Assembly (NCBI GenBank): GCA_040751795.1
Contig: JBFMHR010000005.1
Location: 32,001 to 96,000 of the forward strand
Origin: Thermoplasmatota archaeon
Lineage (GTDB): Archaea; Thermoplasmatota; Thermoplasmata; UBA10834
DNA: 64,000 nucleotides
Direction of reading: 5' to 3'
The translations under genes were made by a program, and so were the position numbers. Below are positions 27,812 to 37,314 of this stretch, piece after piece. Under the pieces are notes generated by a model, which was given only the letters and a program-made list of their open reading frames with translations, did no database searches and was not told the origin of the DNA. Each line of letters starts with the position of its first letter. Position 1 is the first letter of the stretch.

Positions 27812-27831
27812 CAAAGAAAACGTATTAGTAG
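27812..27831 (+). promoter_or_regulatory. Putative BRE/TATA of the cooS-acsB operon
   Basis: CAAAGAAAACG-TATTAGTAG, the only AT-rich patch between cooC and the CODH/ACS start. Confidence 0.45.
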
Positions 27832-28096
27832 CAACATCTGCATTCGTCGGATGCCGACAGGAAAGCGGCGACAGACAGCGAGCCAGACATGGATGTGCGT
27901 GGGGTGGAAGGAGACAGGACGGGCATTGGGTGCCCCGGCCGGCCCGAATCGGGCGGAAGGGGCGCCACGGGCGACTCGGGGACGGCGTTCCGCGCTCGCG
28001 GACGCCATCGCAAACCGTGCGAATGACACTGAGTTACTGACAGCCTGACGCGTCCTCGCATCCTTAGGACCCCGCGACTGCAGGAGGGAGGTCCCG

Positions 28097-31000
28097 GTGG
28101 GAGCTGAAACGGAGGACAAGGCCGCCAGGCCCGGGGAAGGGGCCAAGGCGGGCGGGAAGTGGGTCTGCGAGTGCTGGGACCAGAGCTGCCAGAGCATGTT
28201 CACGGAGGTGCACGAGGGCGGCATCGCCACCGTCATGGACCGGGCGCCCGACCAGGGGGCCCAGTGCAGGTTCGGCTCCCTCGGCCTCTGCTGCAGGATA
28301 TGCCTCCAGGGGCCATGCAGGATCAACCCCATGGGCAAGGCGCCCACGACGGGCATCTGCGGCGCCCGGGACTACACCATTGTCGCGAGGTACATAGACC
28401 GAATGATAGCCGGCGGGACGGCGTCCCACTCCGCCCACGGCAAGGAGATCGCCCACGTGCTGATGGGCGTGGCCGAGGGCAGGGTCAGGGACTACAGGGT
28501 CACGGACCAGGCGAAGCTCGAGGCGGTCGCGAAGAAGCTCGGGCTCCAGGCGCAGGGCAAGTCCGCCTCGGCCCTCGCCCTCGAGGTCGCGCGCGTCGCC
28601 ATGGAGGACTACTCCAGGTACGAGGAGCACCCCCTCAGGTTCCTCGCCTCCAGCGTCACCAAGGGGAGGATGCGCACATGGGACTTCAACGCCGTCCTCC
28701 CGTCGAACATCGAGACGGCCATCACCAACGTCCTGCACAGGACCGCCATGGGGGTCGACGCGGACCCTGTCCCGATACTCTTCGGCGGCATCGAGTGCGC
28801 CCTCGCCGACTACACGGGCGCGCAGATCTCGTCAGACCTGAGCGACGCCCTCTTCGGCACCCCCAAGCTGGTGCTGAGCGAGGTCAACCTCGCCGTGCTG
28901 GACAAGGGGAGCATCAACGTCGCGGTCCACGGGCACAACCCCCTCCTCAGCGACCTCATGGTCGACGTAGCGCGTGAGATGGCCGACGTCGCGAAGAAGG
29001 CCGGGGCCGAGCGGTTCAACATCGTGGGCGTCTGCTGCACGGGCAACGAGATACTCATGCGCAAGGGCGTCCCCATCGCGTCGAACGTACTGGCCCAGGA
29101 GCTCGTGCTCCTGAGCGGGCTCCTGGACGCGATGGTCCTGGACTACCAGTGCTTCCTGCCGTCCCTCGCGTCGCTGGCGAAGTGCGTCCACACCAGGATG
29201 ATCACCACCGAGGAGGTCGCGAGGCTCGTCGGCGACACGCACATAGAGGTCGTGCCCGAGAGGGCCAAGGAGGCGGCGAGGGAGATCCTCAGCATGGCCG
29301 CCGAGGCGTTCAAGCGCCGCGGGAAGGTCCAGAGGCTCCCGGACATCAGGCCCAGGAGGACCGTCGCGGGCTTCAGCCTCGAGCAGATGAGGCACCTCTT
29401 CGCGGCCAAGAAGCCGGACGACCCGTTCCAGCACCTGGTGGACAACATACAGAGCGGGAACGTGCGCGGCCTCGTCCTCTTCGCGGGGTGCAAGAGCATG
29501 CGCGCCAAGGACAACGAGGACGTGATCACCATCGCCAGGGAGCTCCTGAAGAAGGACGTCCTCGTCCTCACGACCGGGTGCAACGCCATCGAGCTGGCCC
29601 GGGCGGGCTTCATGGACCCCGCGATGGTCAAGGAGCTCGCGGGCGAGGGGCTGCAGTCGTTCCTGAGCGACCTGGCCAAGGCAGCGAGCGTCAAGGACGG
29701 CCTGCCCTGCGTGTGGCACATAGGCTCCTGCGTCGACAACCCGAGGTACGCGAACCTCGCGACCGAGGTGTCCAACAGGCTCGGGGCCGACATAGACAAG
29801 ATCCCCTTCGTCGCGGCCGCGCCCGAGGCGATGCACGAGAAGGCAGTGTCGATAGGCACGTGGGCCGTCGCCATGGGCTTCCCGGTGCATGTCGGCACGA
29901 TCAACTACCTCTACGGCAGCTCCCTGGTCACCGAGGTCCTCGAGAACACCGCCAGGGACGTCTACGGGGGCTACTTCATATTCGAGACCGACCCCCTTGA
30001 GGCCGCGAAGAGGCTCTACTCCGCCATAGAGTACAGGCGGTGGCGGCTCGACCTCACCGACCCGGAGATGGAGCGCGCGTCGCACTACGACGGCCCCCCG
30101 CAGAAGGTGACCAAGGAGAGGCTCTTCAAGATGGCCGTCGAGGGCTCGATCATCGCCACTGGCTACGCCGACGTCCTCCTCAGCCACGCGCTCAGGAGGC
30201 ACGGCCCGGACAAGAAGGTCGAGTTCCCAGAGACCGGGTACCAGCTCCCGAGCCTCTTCGCCTGGCTGGGCAGGGACTGCACCCGCCTCGGGGACCTCCC
30301 CGCGCTCCTGGGCGAGGCCCGCTCCAAGATAGTCGAGGAGCCGACCTTCGAGGCGGCCGTCGCCTCGGGCGAGGCGACCATGATCGCCGCGGAGATAGTC
30401 GAGGCGCTGAAGTACATCGACAACCCGGCGCCGTACGAGGGCACCATGTACTGCGGCTTCGTGCCCGACAGGGTGCTCCGCCAGCTGGGCATAGCCTTCG
30501 TCGACGACACCATCCCGGGTGCGGCCGTGTTCGTCGGCAGGGCGAGCGACACCAAGAAGCTCGCCGCGATGATCCGCGACTGCCAGAACAAGGGCATGCT
30601 CATCATCGCCACATACGACATCATCAAGCAGCTCAAGGACGAGAACGTCGCCATGGGCCTGGACAGGATGCTCTACCCCGTGGGGGAGTTCACCCAGGCC
30701 ATCCACGGCCTGAACTTCGCCATCAGGGCGGCCCTCTCGTTCGGCGGCGTCCAGAAGGGCGACAGGCAGGGGCTCATCAACTACCTCTCGAAGAGGCCCA
30801 AGGTGTTCGTCCTCCAGCTCGGCCCGCTCGACCACATCAAGGTCGCAGCGGAGTTCGCGGTGATGTTCAACGGCTCCCCGACCATAACCGACCAGGACGT
30901 CGAGGCCATCCCCGACAAGTACGTCGTGCAGAAGAACATGGAGGAGATGATCTCCACCGCGATAGAGGTCAGGGGATGCAGGATCAAGCTCGGGGCGGTC

Positions 31001-32239
31001 GACCTGCCCGTCGCGTACGGGCCGGCGTTCGAGGGCGAGACCATCCGCCGGCCGGACATGCACGTCGAGGCGGGCGGCCCGTCGAAGACCATCGCCTTCG
31101 AGCTCCTGAGGATGAGGCCGGCCGAGGAGGTCCAGGACGGCAAGGTCAACTTCATAGGCAAGGACGTGGACGAGCTCCCCGAGGGCTCGTCGACGCACCT
31201 CGGCATCCTGGTGAAGGTGTACGGCAAGAACATGCAGAAGGACTTCGAGTCGGTCCTGGAGCGCAGGATACACCAGTTCGCCAACTTCGCCGAGGGCTTC
31301 TGGCACACAGGCCAGAGGAACCTCCTCTGGGTCCGCCTGAGCAAGAGCTCCGTGAAGGCGGGGCTGAGGCTGAGGCACATAGGCGACATCCTGATCACCA
31401 AGATGAAGCAGGAGTTCGGGGCGATAGTGACCAAGATCGAGGTCACGGTGGTCACGGACGAGGCGGAGCTGAGGAAGCACCTGGACGAGGCGAGGGAGGC
31501 CTACGCCGAGAGGGACGCGAGGATAGCGGACCTCACGGACGAGAAGGTCGACACCTTCTACACCTGCACCCTGTGCCAGACCTTCGCCCCCGGCCACGTG
31601 TGCATAGTGACGCCCGAGCGCCTGGGCCTCTGCGGCGCCATCAACTGGCTCGACGCGAAGGCGTCCTTCCAGATCGCCCCGACGGGCCCGAACAACCCCG
31701 TGCAGAAGAGGGAGACGATCGACGAGGTCAAGGGGCAGTGGGCGGGGGTGAACGAGGCCGTGGCGGCCAAGACCCAGGGGAGGTTGCAGAAGTTCAGCGC
31801 CTACACGATGGTCGAGGACCCGATGACCTCGTGCGGCTGCTTCGAGTGCATCGTTGCCGTGTCGCCTGACCTGCAGGGCGTGGTCGTGGTCAACAGGGAG
31901 TACGCGGGCATGACGCCCCTGGGGATGACCTTCTCGACGCTCGCCGGCTCGGTCGGCGGCGGCATCCAGACGCCCGGGTTCATAGGCGTCGGGAGGAGGT
32001 ACCTGTCGAGCAGGAAGTTCATCTCGGCCGACGGCGGGTTCCTGAGGATCGTGTGGATGCCGAAGGACCTCAAGGAGGCCATGAGGGAGGAGCTCACGAA
32101 GAGGGCGACCGAGGTCGGGGCCCCGGACTTCGTCGACAAGATCGCCGACGAGACCGTGGCCAGGACGCCGGAGGAGCTCTCGAGCTGGATGGTGGAGGTC
32201 AACCACCCGGCTATGAGCATGGAGCCTATGATCAAGTGA
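28097..32239 (+). CDS. cooS-acsB: Fused bacterial-type CO dehydrogenase / acetyl-CoA synthase (CooS/AcsA + AcsB)
   Basis: CooS half: CRFGSLGLCCRICLQGPC, HGHNP, CCTGNE, DYQC, FAGC, TGC, GSCVDN, HEKA. AcsB half: N-terminal domain FPETGYQLP, CTLCQTF...LGLCGA, TSCGCFEC. One uninterrupted 1380-aa frame. Confidence 0.95.
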   Translation: MGAETEDKAARPGEGAKAGGKWVCECWDQSCQSMFTEVHEGGIATVMDRAPDQGAQCRFGSLGLCCRICLQGPCRINPMGKAPTTGICGARDYTIVARYIDRMIAGGTASHSAHGKEIAHVLMGVAEGRVRDYRVTDQAKLEAVAKKLGLQAQGKSASALALEVARVAMEDYSRYEEHPLRFLASSVTKGRMRTWDFNAVLPSNIETAITNVLHRTAMGVDADPVPILFGGIECALADYTGAQISSDLSDALFGTPKLVLSEVNLAVLDKGSINVAVHGHNPLLSDLMVDVAREMADVAKKAGAERFNIVGVCCTGNEILMRKGVPIASNVLAQELVLLSGLLDAMVLDYQCFLPSLASLAKCVHTRMITTEEVARLVGDTHIEVVPERAKEAAREILSMAAEAFKRRGKVQRLPDIRPRRTVAGFSLEQMRHLFAAKKPDDPFQHLVDNIQSGNVRGLVLFAGCKSMRAKDNEDVITIARELLKKDVLVLTTGCNAIELARAGFMDPAMVKELAGEGLQSFLSDLAKAASVKDGLPCVWHIGSCVDNPRYANLATEVSNRLGADIDKIPFVAAAPEAMHEKAVSIGTWAVAMGFPVHVGTINYLYGSSLVTEVLENTARDVYGGYFIFETDPLEAAKRLYSAIEYRRWRLDLTDPEMERASHYDGPPQKVTKERLFKMAVEGSIIATGYADVLLSHALRRHGPDKKVEFPETGYQLPSLFAWLGRDCTRLGDLPALLGEARSKIVEEPTFEAAVASGEATMIAAEIVEALKYIDNPAPYEGTMYCGFVPDRVLRQLGIAFVDDTIPGAAVFVGRASDTKKLAAMIRDCQNKGMLIIATYDIIKQLKDENVAMGLDRMLYPVGEFTQAIHGLNFAIRAALSFGGVQKGDRQGLINYLSKRPKVFVLQLGPLDHIKVAAEFAVMFNGSPTITDQDVEAIPDKYVVQKNMEEMISTAIEVRGCRIKLGAVDLPVAYGPAFEGETIRRPDMHVEAGGPSKTIAFELLRMRPAEEVQDGKVNFIGKDVDELPEGSSTHLGILVKVYGKNMQKDFESVLERRIHQFANFAEGFWHTGQRNLLWVRLSKSSVKAGLRLRHIGDILITKMKQEFGAIVTKIEVTVVTDEAELRKHLDEAREAYAERDARIADLTDEKVDTFYTCTLCQTFAPGHVCIVTPERLGLCGAINWLDAKASFQIAPTGPNNPVQKRETIDEVKGQWAGVNEAVAAKTQGRLQKFSAYTMVEDPMTSCGCFECIVAVSPDLQGVVVVNREYAGMTPLGMTFSTLAGSVGGGIQTPGFIGVGRRYLSSRKFISADGGFLRIVWMPKDLKEAMREELTKRATEVGAPDFVDKIADETVARTPEELSSWMVEVNHPAMSMEPMIK

Positions 32240-32254
32240 CGAGAGAGTGGGGAT

Positions 32255-33205
32255 ATGGGTTTCGACGGAGCGAAGGAGTCCTTCCCGGGAAGGATCAAGG
32301 AGGTCGCTGTGGGCGCGGCCGCGGAGCAGGGCGGCACGAGGGGGAAGAGGGTCGTGGTAGGGGGCTCTAACGGCCTGCCGTTCCACAGGTGGGAGGGCGA
32401 GGCCCCCAACGGGCCCGCCGTCGCGATGGACGTCGTCGACACGGAGCGCATGGTCCCGGACGTCCTGCGCGGGACCCTCGGCGCCCTGTCCAAGGAGCCG
32501 GTCGAGTGGGCCAAGGCCTGCGAGAAGTGGGGCGCCGACATGCTGGTGCTTAAGCTGGCGTCCGCCAACCCCGAGGAGGAGAACAGGCCCGTGGAGCAGT
32601 GCGAGGCCCTCGTCAAGGAGGTCCTGAAGTCGGTGAGGCTCCCGCTGCTCGTCTACGGCTGCGGCTCGGAGGAGAAGGACGCGAAGCTCATGGAGGCCGT
32701 CTCCAACTCGGGCAGGGGGGAGAGGCTCTTCCTCGGCCTCGCGGAGGAGAAGGCCTACAAGTCCCTCGCCGCCGCGGCGATGGCCAACGGCCACGGAGTG
32801 GTCGCGTTCTCCAACCTGGACATCAACCTCGCGAAGCAGATCAACATCCTCCTGATGGACTTCGGGATGAAGCCCGAGAACATCCTGATGGACCCGCTCA
32901 TGGCCCCGCTGGGCATGGGCCTGGAGTACTCCTACTCCGTCATAGAGAGGCTGAGGACCGGGGCCCTGGTCGGGGACCCGGTGCTGCAGGTGCCCATCAT
33001 ATGCGACTGCTCGTGCGCGTGGACCGTGCCCGAGGTCCTGGAGGAGGCCCCGCAGAAGGGCCCGCAGCTCCCGAGGGGGGTCCACTGGGAGTCCATCACG
33101 GCGGAGGCGGCCCTCGTGGCCGGCGCGGACGTGGTCATACTGAGGCACCCCGACACGGTCGCCAGGGTCAAGGCAGCCGTCGCGGAGCTGAGGGGGGGTG
33201 CCTGA
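32255..33205 (+). CDS. acsD: Corrinoid Fe-S protein small subunit (delta)
   Basis: LPFHRWEG; DINLAKQINI; LGMGLEYSYSVIERLR; LRHP. Confidence 0.93.
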   Translation: MGFDGAKESFPGRIKEVAVGAAAEQGGTRGKRVVVGGSNGLPFHRWEGEAPNGPAVAMDVVDTERMVPDVLRGTLGALSKEPVEWAKACEKWGADMLVLKLASANPEEENRPVEQCEALVKEVLKSVRLPLLVYGCGSEEKDAKLMEAVSNSGRGERLFLGLAEEKAYKSLAAAAMANGHGVVAFSNLDINLAKQINILLMDFGMKPENILMDPLMAPLGMGLEYSYSVIERLRTGALVGDPVLQVPIICDCSCAWTVPEVLEEAPQKGPQLPRGVHWESITAEAALVAGADVVILRHPDTVARVKAAVAELRGGA

Positions 33206-34532
33206 GGTGCCGACCGCGATGGAGATATACAAGCTCCTCCCGAAGAAGAACTGCGGGGAGTGCAAGTTCCCGACCTGCCTCGCGTTCGCGATGCAGCTGG
33301 CCAACCAGAAGGCCGCCCTCGAGGCGTGCCCGTACGTGAGCCCCGAGGCGAAGGCCGCGCTCGAGGAGAGCGGCGCGCCCCCGATCAGGCTCGTCTCCTT
33401 CGGCTCCGGCGAGAGGGCCGTCAGGACGGGCGACGAGACCCAGCTCTTCAGGCACGACAAGACCTTCTACCACGCGACCGTCCTCGGCCTGGTGGTCGAC
33501 TGCTCGCAGGGGCTCGACAAGGTGAGGGCGGCGCTGGACGGGGTGAAGGCGCTGGAGTTCGAGCGGGTCGGCCAGATGGTCAGGGTCGACGCTGTGGCGC
33601 TGAGGCAGTCCGGCGCCTCGCCCGAGGCGTTCGCGGAGGCGGCGGAGGCCGCGTGCGCGCAGCCGCTGCCCGTGGTCCTCATGTCCGATGACCCGAAGGC
33701 GATGGAGGCCGCCGCCGGGAGGTGCAAGACAAGGCCGCTCCTCCACAGGGCGACCCCGGCCAACCTGGACGCGATGGCCGCGGTGGCGAAGGCCTCCGGC
33801 TGCCCGCTGGTCGTCGGTGGCGCAGCCAGCCTCGACGAGCTGGGCCAGCTCGCCGACAGGGCCAAGAAGGCGGGGGTGCAGGACCTGGTCCTCGAGCCCG
33901 CCTCCGGGACGGCCCAGGAGATGCTCGCCTCGATGACCACCGTCAGGCGCGCCGCCGTCAGGAAGAAGCACAGGCCCCTCGGCTACCCGACGATCGCGGT
34001 CCTCGGGAGGGCGCAGCCAGACCAGCTGAAGGCCGCTGTGGGCGTGATGAAGTACTCGTCGATAGTGCTCATGGAGGAGCTGCCCAGGGAGTTCGTCTAC
34101 CCGCTCATGGCGCTCAGGCAGAACATATTCACGGACCCGCAGGTGCCCATACAGGTGAAGGCGGGCCTGTACACCGTGGGCGAGCCGAACGAGAGGTCGC
34201 CGGTGATGTTCACCACGAACTTCTCCCTCACCTACTTCACCGTCCGCGCGGACATAGAGAAGAGCAAGATACCCGCGTGGCTCCTGGTGGTCGACACGGA
34301 GGGGCAGTCGGTCATGACCGCCTTCGCGGCGGGGAAGCTGACGCCCGAGTCGGTGGCCAAGGCCATCGAGGCGGAGAAGGTCAAGGAGAAGAGCAAGAGG
34401 GGCGAGATCGTCATCCCTGGGATGGTGAGCAGGATGAGCGGGAAGCTCAACGAGCTCACCGAGATGAAGGTCGTCGTGGGCTCGAGGGAGTCGTCCGGCA
34501 TCCCGAAGATGATGAGGTCGCTGTCGCAGTGA
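33198..34532 (+). CDS. acsC: Corrinoid Fe-S protein large subunit (gamma)
   Basis: LPKKNCGECKFPTCLAFA...CPY; FRHDKTF; NIFTDPQ; TTNFSLTYF. Confidence 0.95.
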   Translation: MPEVPTAMEIYKLLPKKNCGECKFPTCLAFAMQLANQKAALEACPYVSPEAKAALEESGAPPIRLVSFGSGERAVRTGDETQLFRHDKTFYHATVLGLVVDCSQGLDKVRAALDGVKALEFERVGQMVRVDAVALRQSGASPEAFAEAAEAACAQPLPVVLMSDDPKAMEAAAGRCKTRPLLHRATPANLDAMAAVAKASGCPLVVGGAASLDELGQLADRAKKAGVQDLVLEPASGTAQEMLASMTTVRRAAVRKKHRPLGYPTIAVLGRAQPDQLKAAVGVMKYSSIVLMEELPREFVYPLMALRQNIFTDPQVPIQVKAGLYTVGEPNERSPVMFTTNFSLTYFTVRADIEKSKIPAWLLVVDTEGQSVMTAFAAGKLTPESVAKAIEAEKVKEKSKRGEIVIPGMVSRMSGKLNELTEMKVVVGSRESSGIPKMMRSLSQ

Positions 34533-35285
34533 TCAGGCGACGCGCCGGACGGAGTCCACCGCCCTCCCCACGTCTGCGAACGCCGGGTCGGTGACAGGAA
34601 GCTCCATAAGCGACTCCGAGCGCTCCGAGTCGGACCTCACCCTGGCCGACCTCCTGACCGCGTGGACCGAGTCGAACCCCTCGGCGGGCCCGGGGTCCGT
34701 CCCTCCGGACGGGTCCGCCATGTTCATCACGAGCGCCTTGTTCCCGACGACGAAGCCCATCTCGTCCGCGAGGGCCGAGATCCTCGCCGCGGCGTCCATG
34801 GACGCCTTCGAGCCGTCCGTCACTATGAACAGCGCGTCCGTCGCCCTCGTGGTCCTCCGGCTCAGGTGCTCCATTCCCGCCTCGTTGTCTATGACGACGT
34901 AGGCGTACTTCGCCGAGAGGGAGTCGACCACGTTCCTGAGGAGGTTGTTGACGAAGCAGTAGCACCCTGGCCCCTCCTGTCTGCCCATGGTGATGAGGTC
35001 GAAGCCCCTGCCCTCCCTGAGCGCCAGCCTGACCTGGTAGTCCAGGTGCTCCGGCTTTGACATCCCCGCGGCCTTCTCCTCGCCGAGGGAGAACATCTCC
35101 TCGCGGATGCTGCCCAGGGTACGGCCGGGCTCGGTGCCCAGCTTCGCCCCGAGGTTCGAGTTCGGGTCGGCGTCGACCGCGAGGACCACCTCCCCCGTCC
35201 TCCCCGCCAGGTGCCTCACGGCGAGCGCGGCGAAGGTGCTCTTGCCGACGCCGCCCTTCCCCGCGACGGCGATGGTGAAGGTCAT
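34533..35285 (-). CDS. cooC: Second CooC-family ATPase (AcsF-like, ACS maturation)
   Basis: From MTFTIAVAGKGGVGKST; MGRQEGPGCYCFVN; DNEAGMEHLSR. Confidence 0.9.
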   Translation of the reverse strand: MTFTIAVAGKGGVGKSTFAALAVRHLAGRTGEVVLAVDADPNSNLGAKLGTEPGRTLGSIREEMFSLGEEKAAGMSKPEHLDYQVRLALREGRGFDLITMGRQEGPGCYCFVNNLLRNVVDSLSAKYAYVVIDNEAGMEHLSRRTTRATDALFIVTDGSKASMDAAARISALADEMGFVVGNKALVMNMADPSGGTDPGPAEGFDSVHAVRRSARVRSDSERSESLMELPVTDPAFADVGRAVDSVRRVA

Positions 35286-37186
35286 CTGGCACCCCCGTGG
35301 GGCCCGTGCGCCTCGGCCGTCGGGAACCTGCCGGTGTCGGTGTGCGGGATGAAGAGGGACGAGGAGTACTCCTCGTAGAACTCGTTGTCCACGCTCAGCT
35401 CGAGGTAGGTCATCTTGCGGACGACCGAGCGCATCTCCCTCCTCGAGCGCTCCGAGAGCAGCGCGAGCCTGGCCCCGGCGAGGGAGCCGTTGCCTATGAA
35501 CCTGTACTTCCTCCTGTCCACGTCGGGGAACATGCCGAGGGAGACGGCCCTCTCGATGTCCAGGTGGTACCCGAACCCCCCGGCTATGATTATCCCCTCG
35601 AGGTCCTCGGGGCGGTGGTCCGTCTTGCGCAGGAGGACCGAGCACGCGCCGTAGATGGCCGCCTTTGTGTGCAGGATGTTCTCCAGGTCGGCGTCGGTGA
35701 TCACGAGGTCCGAGGCCGAGCCAGGCACGAGGTTGTCGCGCGTCTCCACGACGTACTCCATGCCCTCCTCCGCGCTCCTCACCCTCGGGCCCCCGAGGTC
35801 CTGTATCCTCGCCTTGCGGTCGATGACCCCGTGCGAGTACATCTCCGCGAGGAGGTCAATCAGCCCCGAACCGCATATCCCGGAGGGCCTCCCGCCCCCG
35901 ATCACGTGGTAGGATGTGGAGAGGTCGTCGTTCAGCCTCAGCCTGTCCATCGCGCCGTCCATGGCGCACATCCCCGCCGAGACCTCGCCCCCCTCGAAGG
36001 CGGGGCCGGCCGAGCACGAGCAGGTGACCATCCAGTCCTTCCCTCCCAGGACCATCTCGCCGTTCGTCCCGACGTCTATCAGCAGCTGGGGCCCCTTGGC
36101 CCTGTGCATGCCGCTCGCGAGCACGTCCGCGACCACGTCCCCGCCGACGTACCCCGCGCGGCACGGGAACATGAGCGCTGCCCCGGCCGGGTTCATCAGG
36201 AGCCCGGCCTCCCTGCCGGTGACGGTGGGGAAGTCGTGCGCCACGGGCACGTACGGTTCCAGCCTCACGTGGTCCGTGCTGACTCCCAGGAACAGCTGGG
36301 TCATGACGGTGTTGCCCGCGAGGGAGGCGGCTGACACGTCCATCTCCGTCAGCCTCCTCCCCTCGGTGCTCGCCTTCCTGAGGAGCGTGTCGACGCACGC
36401 GTTGATCGTGTCCCTCGCGAGCCGTGTGAGCTCGCCCATCCCGTGCTCCTCGGCGTGCATCATGCGGGCGATGACGTCCTCGCCCAGCTCGACCTGCCTG
36501 TTGTAGTCCGAGGCGGTCCCCAGGACCTCCCCAGTGCGCAGGTCCAGCAGGCTCACCACTATGGTGGTCGTGCCGATGTCCACAGCGATGCCGAGCAGTC
36601 TCCCCTGGGTGTCCCCGGGTTCGACCCTGACGAGCGTGGAAGCCCCGCCCATCGTCGATATGGTGGCGGTGACCTTCCAGCCGCCTGCCCTGACGGTCCC
36701 CGGCAGCCCCCTCAGCGTCTCCAGCGGGACCTCGTAGCCCTTCCAGCCAATGCCCTTCAGCACCCGCTCCAGGTCCGCGGTGTTGTCCGAGAGGGTGGGC
36801 GGGCTGAGCACCGCGTACCTCTTCCTCGTCCACGGGCTCGTCCTCCTTGGAGGCCTCTCGACCGACTCGGTCACGATCTGGTGCCTCCCCAGGAGCGACC
36901 TGGGGAGCAGCTCGACCTCGACGTCGCCGTCGACGAAGGTCCTGCACGCCAGCAGGATGCCCGCGCGCCTCTCCTCCTCGGACAGGGCGGTCGACTCCTC
37001 AGAGCGGTGCGGCCCCGAGACGCGGACCTTGCACCTCCCGCACTTCCCCTCGCCGTCGCAGACGGCGTCCACGTGCAGCCCGGCGGCCCTAGCGGCCTCC
37101 AGCACGGTCGTGCCGGGCTCCACCACTGCGGACCTGCCGTCCGGCCTGAAAGCTACCCTAGCCTTTCCCCGTTCCTCCATGGGCAT
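35282..37186 (-). CDS. acsV: Corrinoid activation/regeneration protein AcsV (RACo; 2Fe-2S + ASKHA domain)
   Basis: CDGEGKCGRC...LAC; VDIGTTT; DVGTNGE; SAGPAFEGG; GICGSG. Confidence 0.92.
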   Translation of the reverse strand: MPMEERGKARVAFRPDGRSAVVEPGTTVLEAARAAGLHVDAVCDGEGKCGRCKVRVSGPHRSEESTALSEEERRAGILLACRTFVDGDVEVELLPRSLLGRHQIVTESVERPPRRTSPWTRKRYAVLSPPTLSDNTADLERVLKGIGWKGYEVPLETLRGLPGTVRAGGWKVTATISTMGGASTLVRVEPGDTQGRLLGIAVDIGTTTIVVSLLDLRTGEVLGTASDYNRQVELGEDVIARMMHAEEHGMGELTRLARDTINACVDTLLRKASTEGRRLTEMDVSAASLAGNTVMTQLFLGVSTDHVRLEPYVPVAHDFPTVTGREAGLLMNPAGAALMFPCRAGYVGGDVVADVLASGMHRAKGPQLLIDVGTNGEMVLGGKDWMVTCSCSAGPAFEGGEVSAGMCAMDGAMDRLRLNDDLSTSYHVIGGGRPSGICGSGLIDLLAEMYSHGVIDRKARIQDLGGPRVRSAEEGMEYVVETRDNLVPGSASDLVITDADLENILHTKAAIYGACSVLLRKTDHRPEDLEGIIIAGGFGYHLDIERAVSLGMFPDVDRRKYRFIGNGSLAGARLALLSERSRREMRSVVRKMTYLELSVDNEFYEEYSSSLFIPHTDTGRFPTAEAHGPHGGAR

Positions 37187-37314
37187 CTGGCCTGGCGGGG
37201 GGATGAACCGCGTGCGCGGGTATTAACCTTGGCTCCGCCGCGGCGTGACAACCGGTGCCGTGCGAACATTTGATATGCGCATACGCTCTACTCTCCCGCA
37301 GTGGGGGTTGAGCC

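Noticed and set aside
27850-27900. Cobalamin riboswitch (GAGCCAGAC resembles the B12-box end)
   Set aside because: The other conserved elements (GGGAA, GCCACTG, GGGAAG spacing) are not in place; a covariance-model search would be needed.
28832-33460. 1542-aa minus-strand ORF (likewise 56721..58715 +, 15006..16586 +, 54712..56592 -)
   Set aside because: Stop-free shadow frames expected in high-GC DNA overlapping well-supported genes; no motifs.
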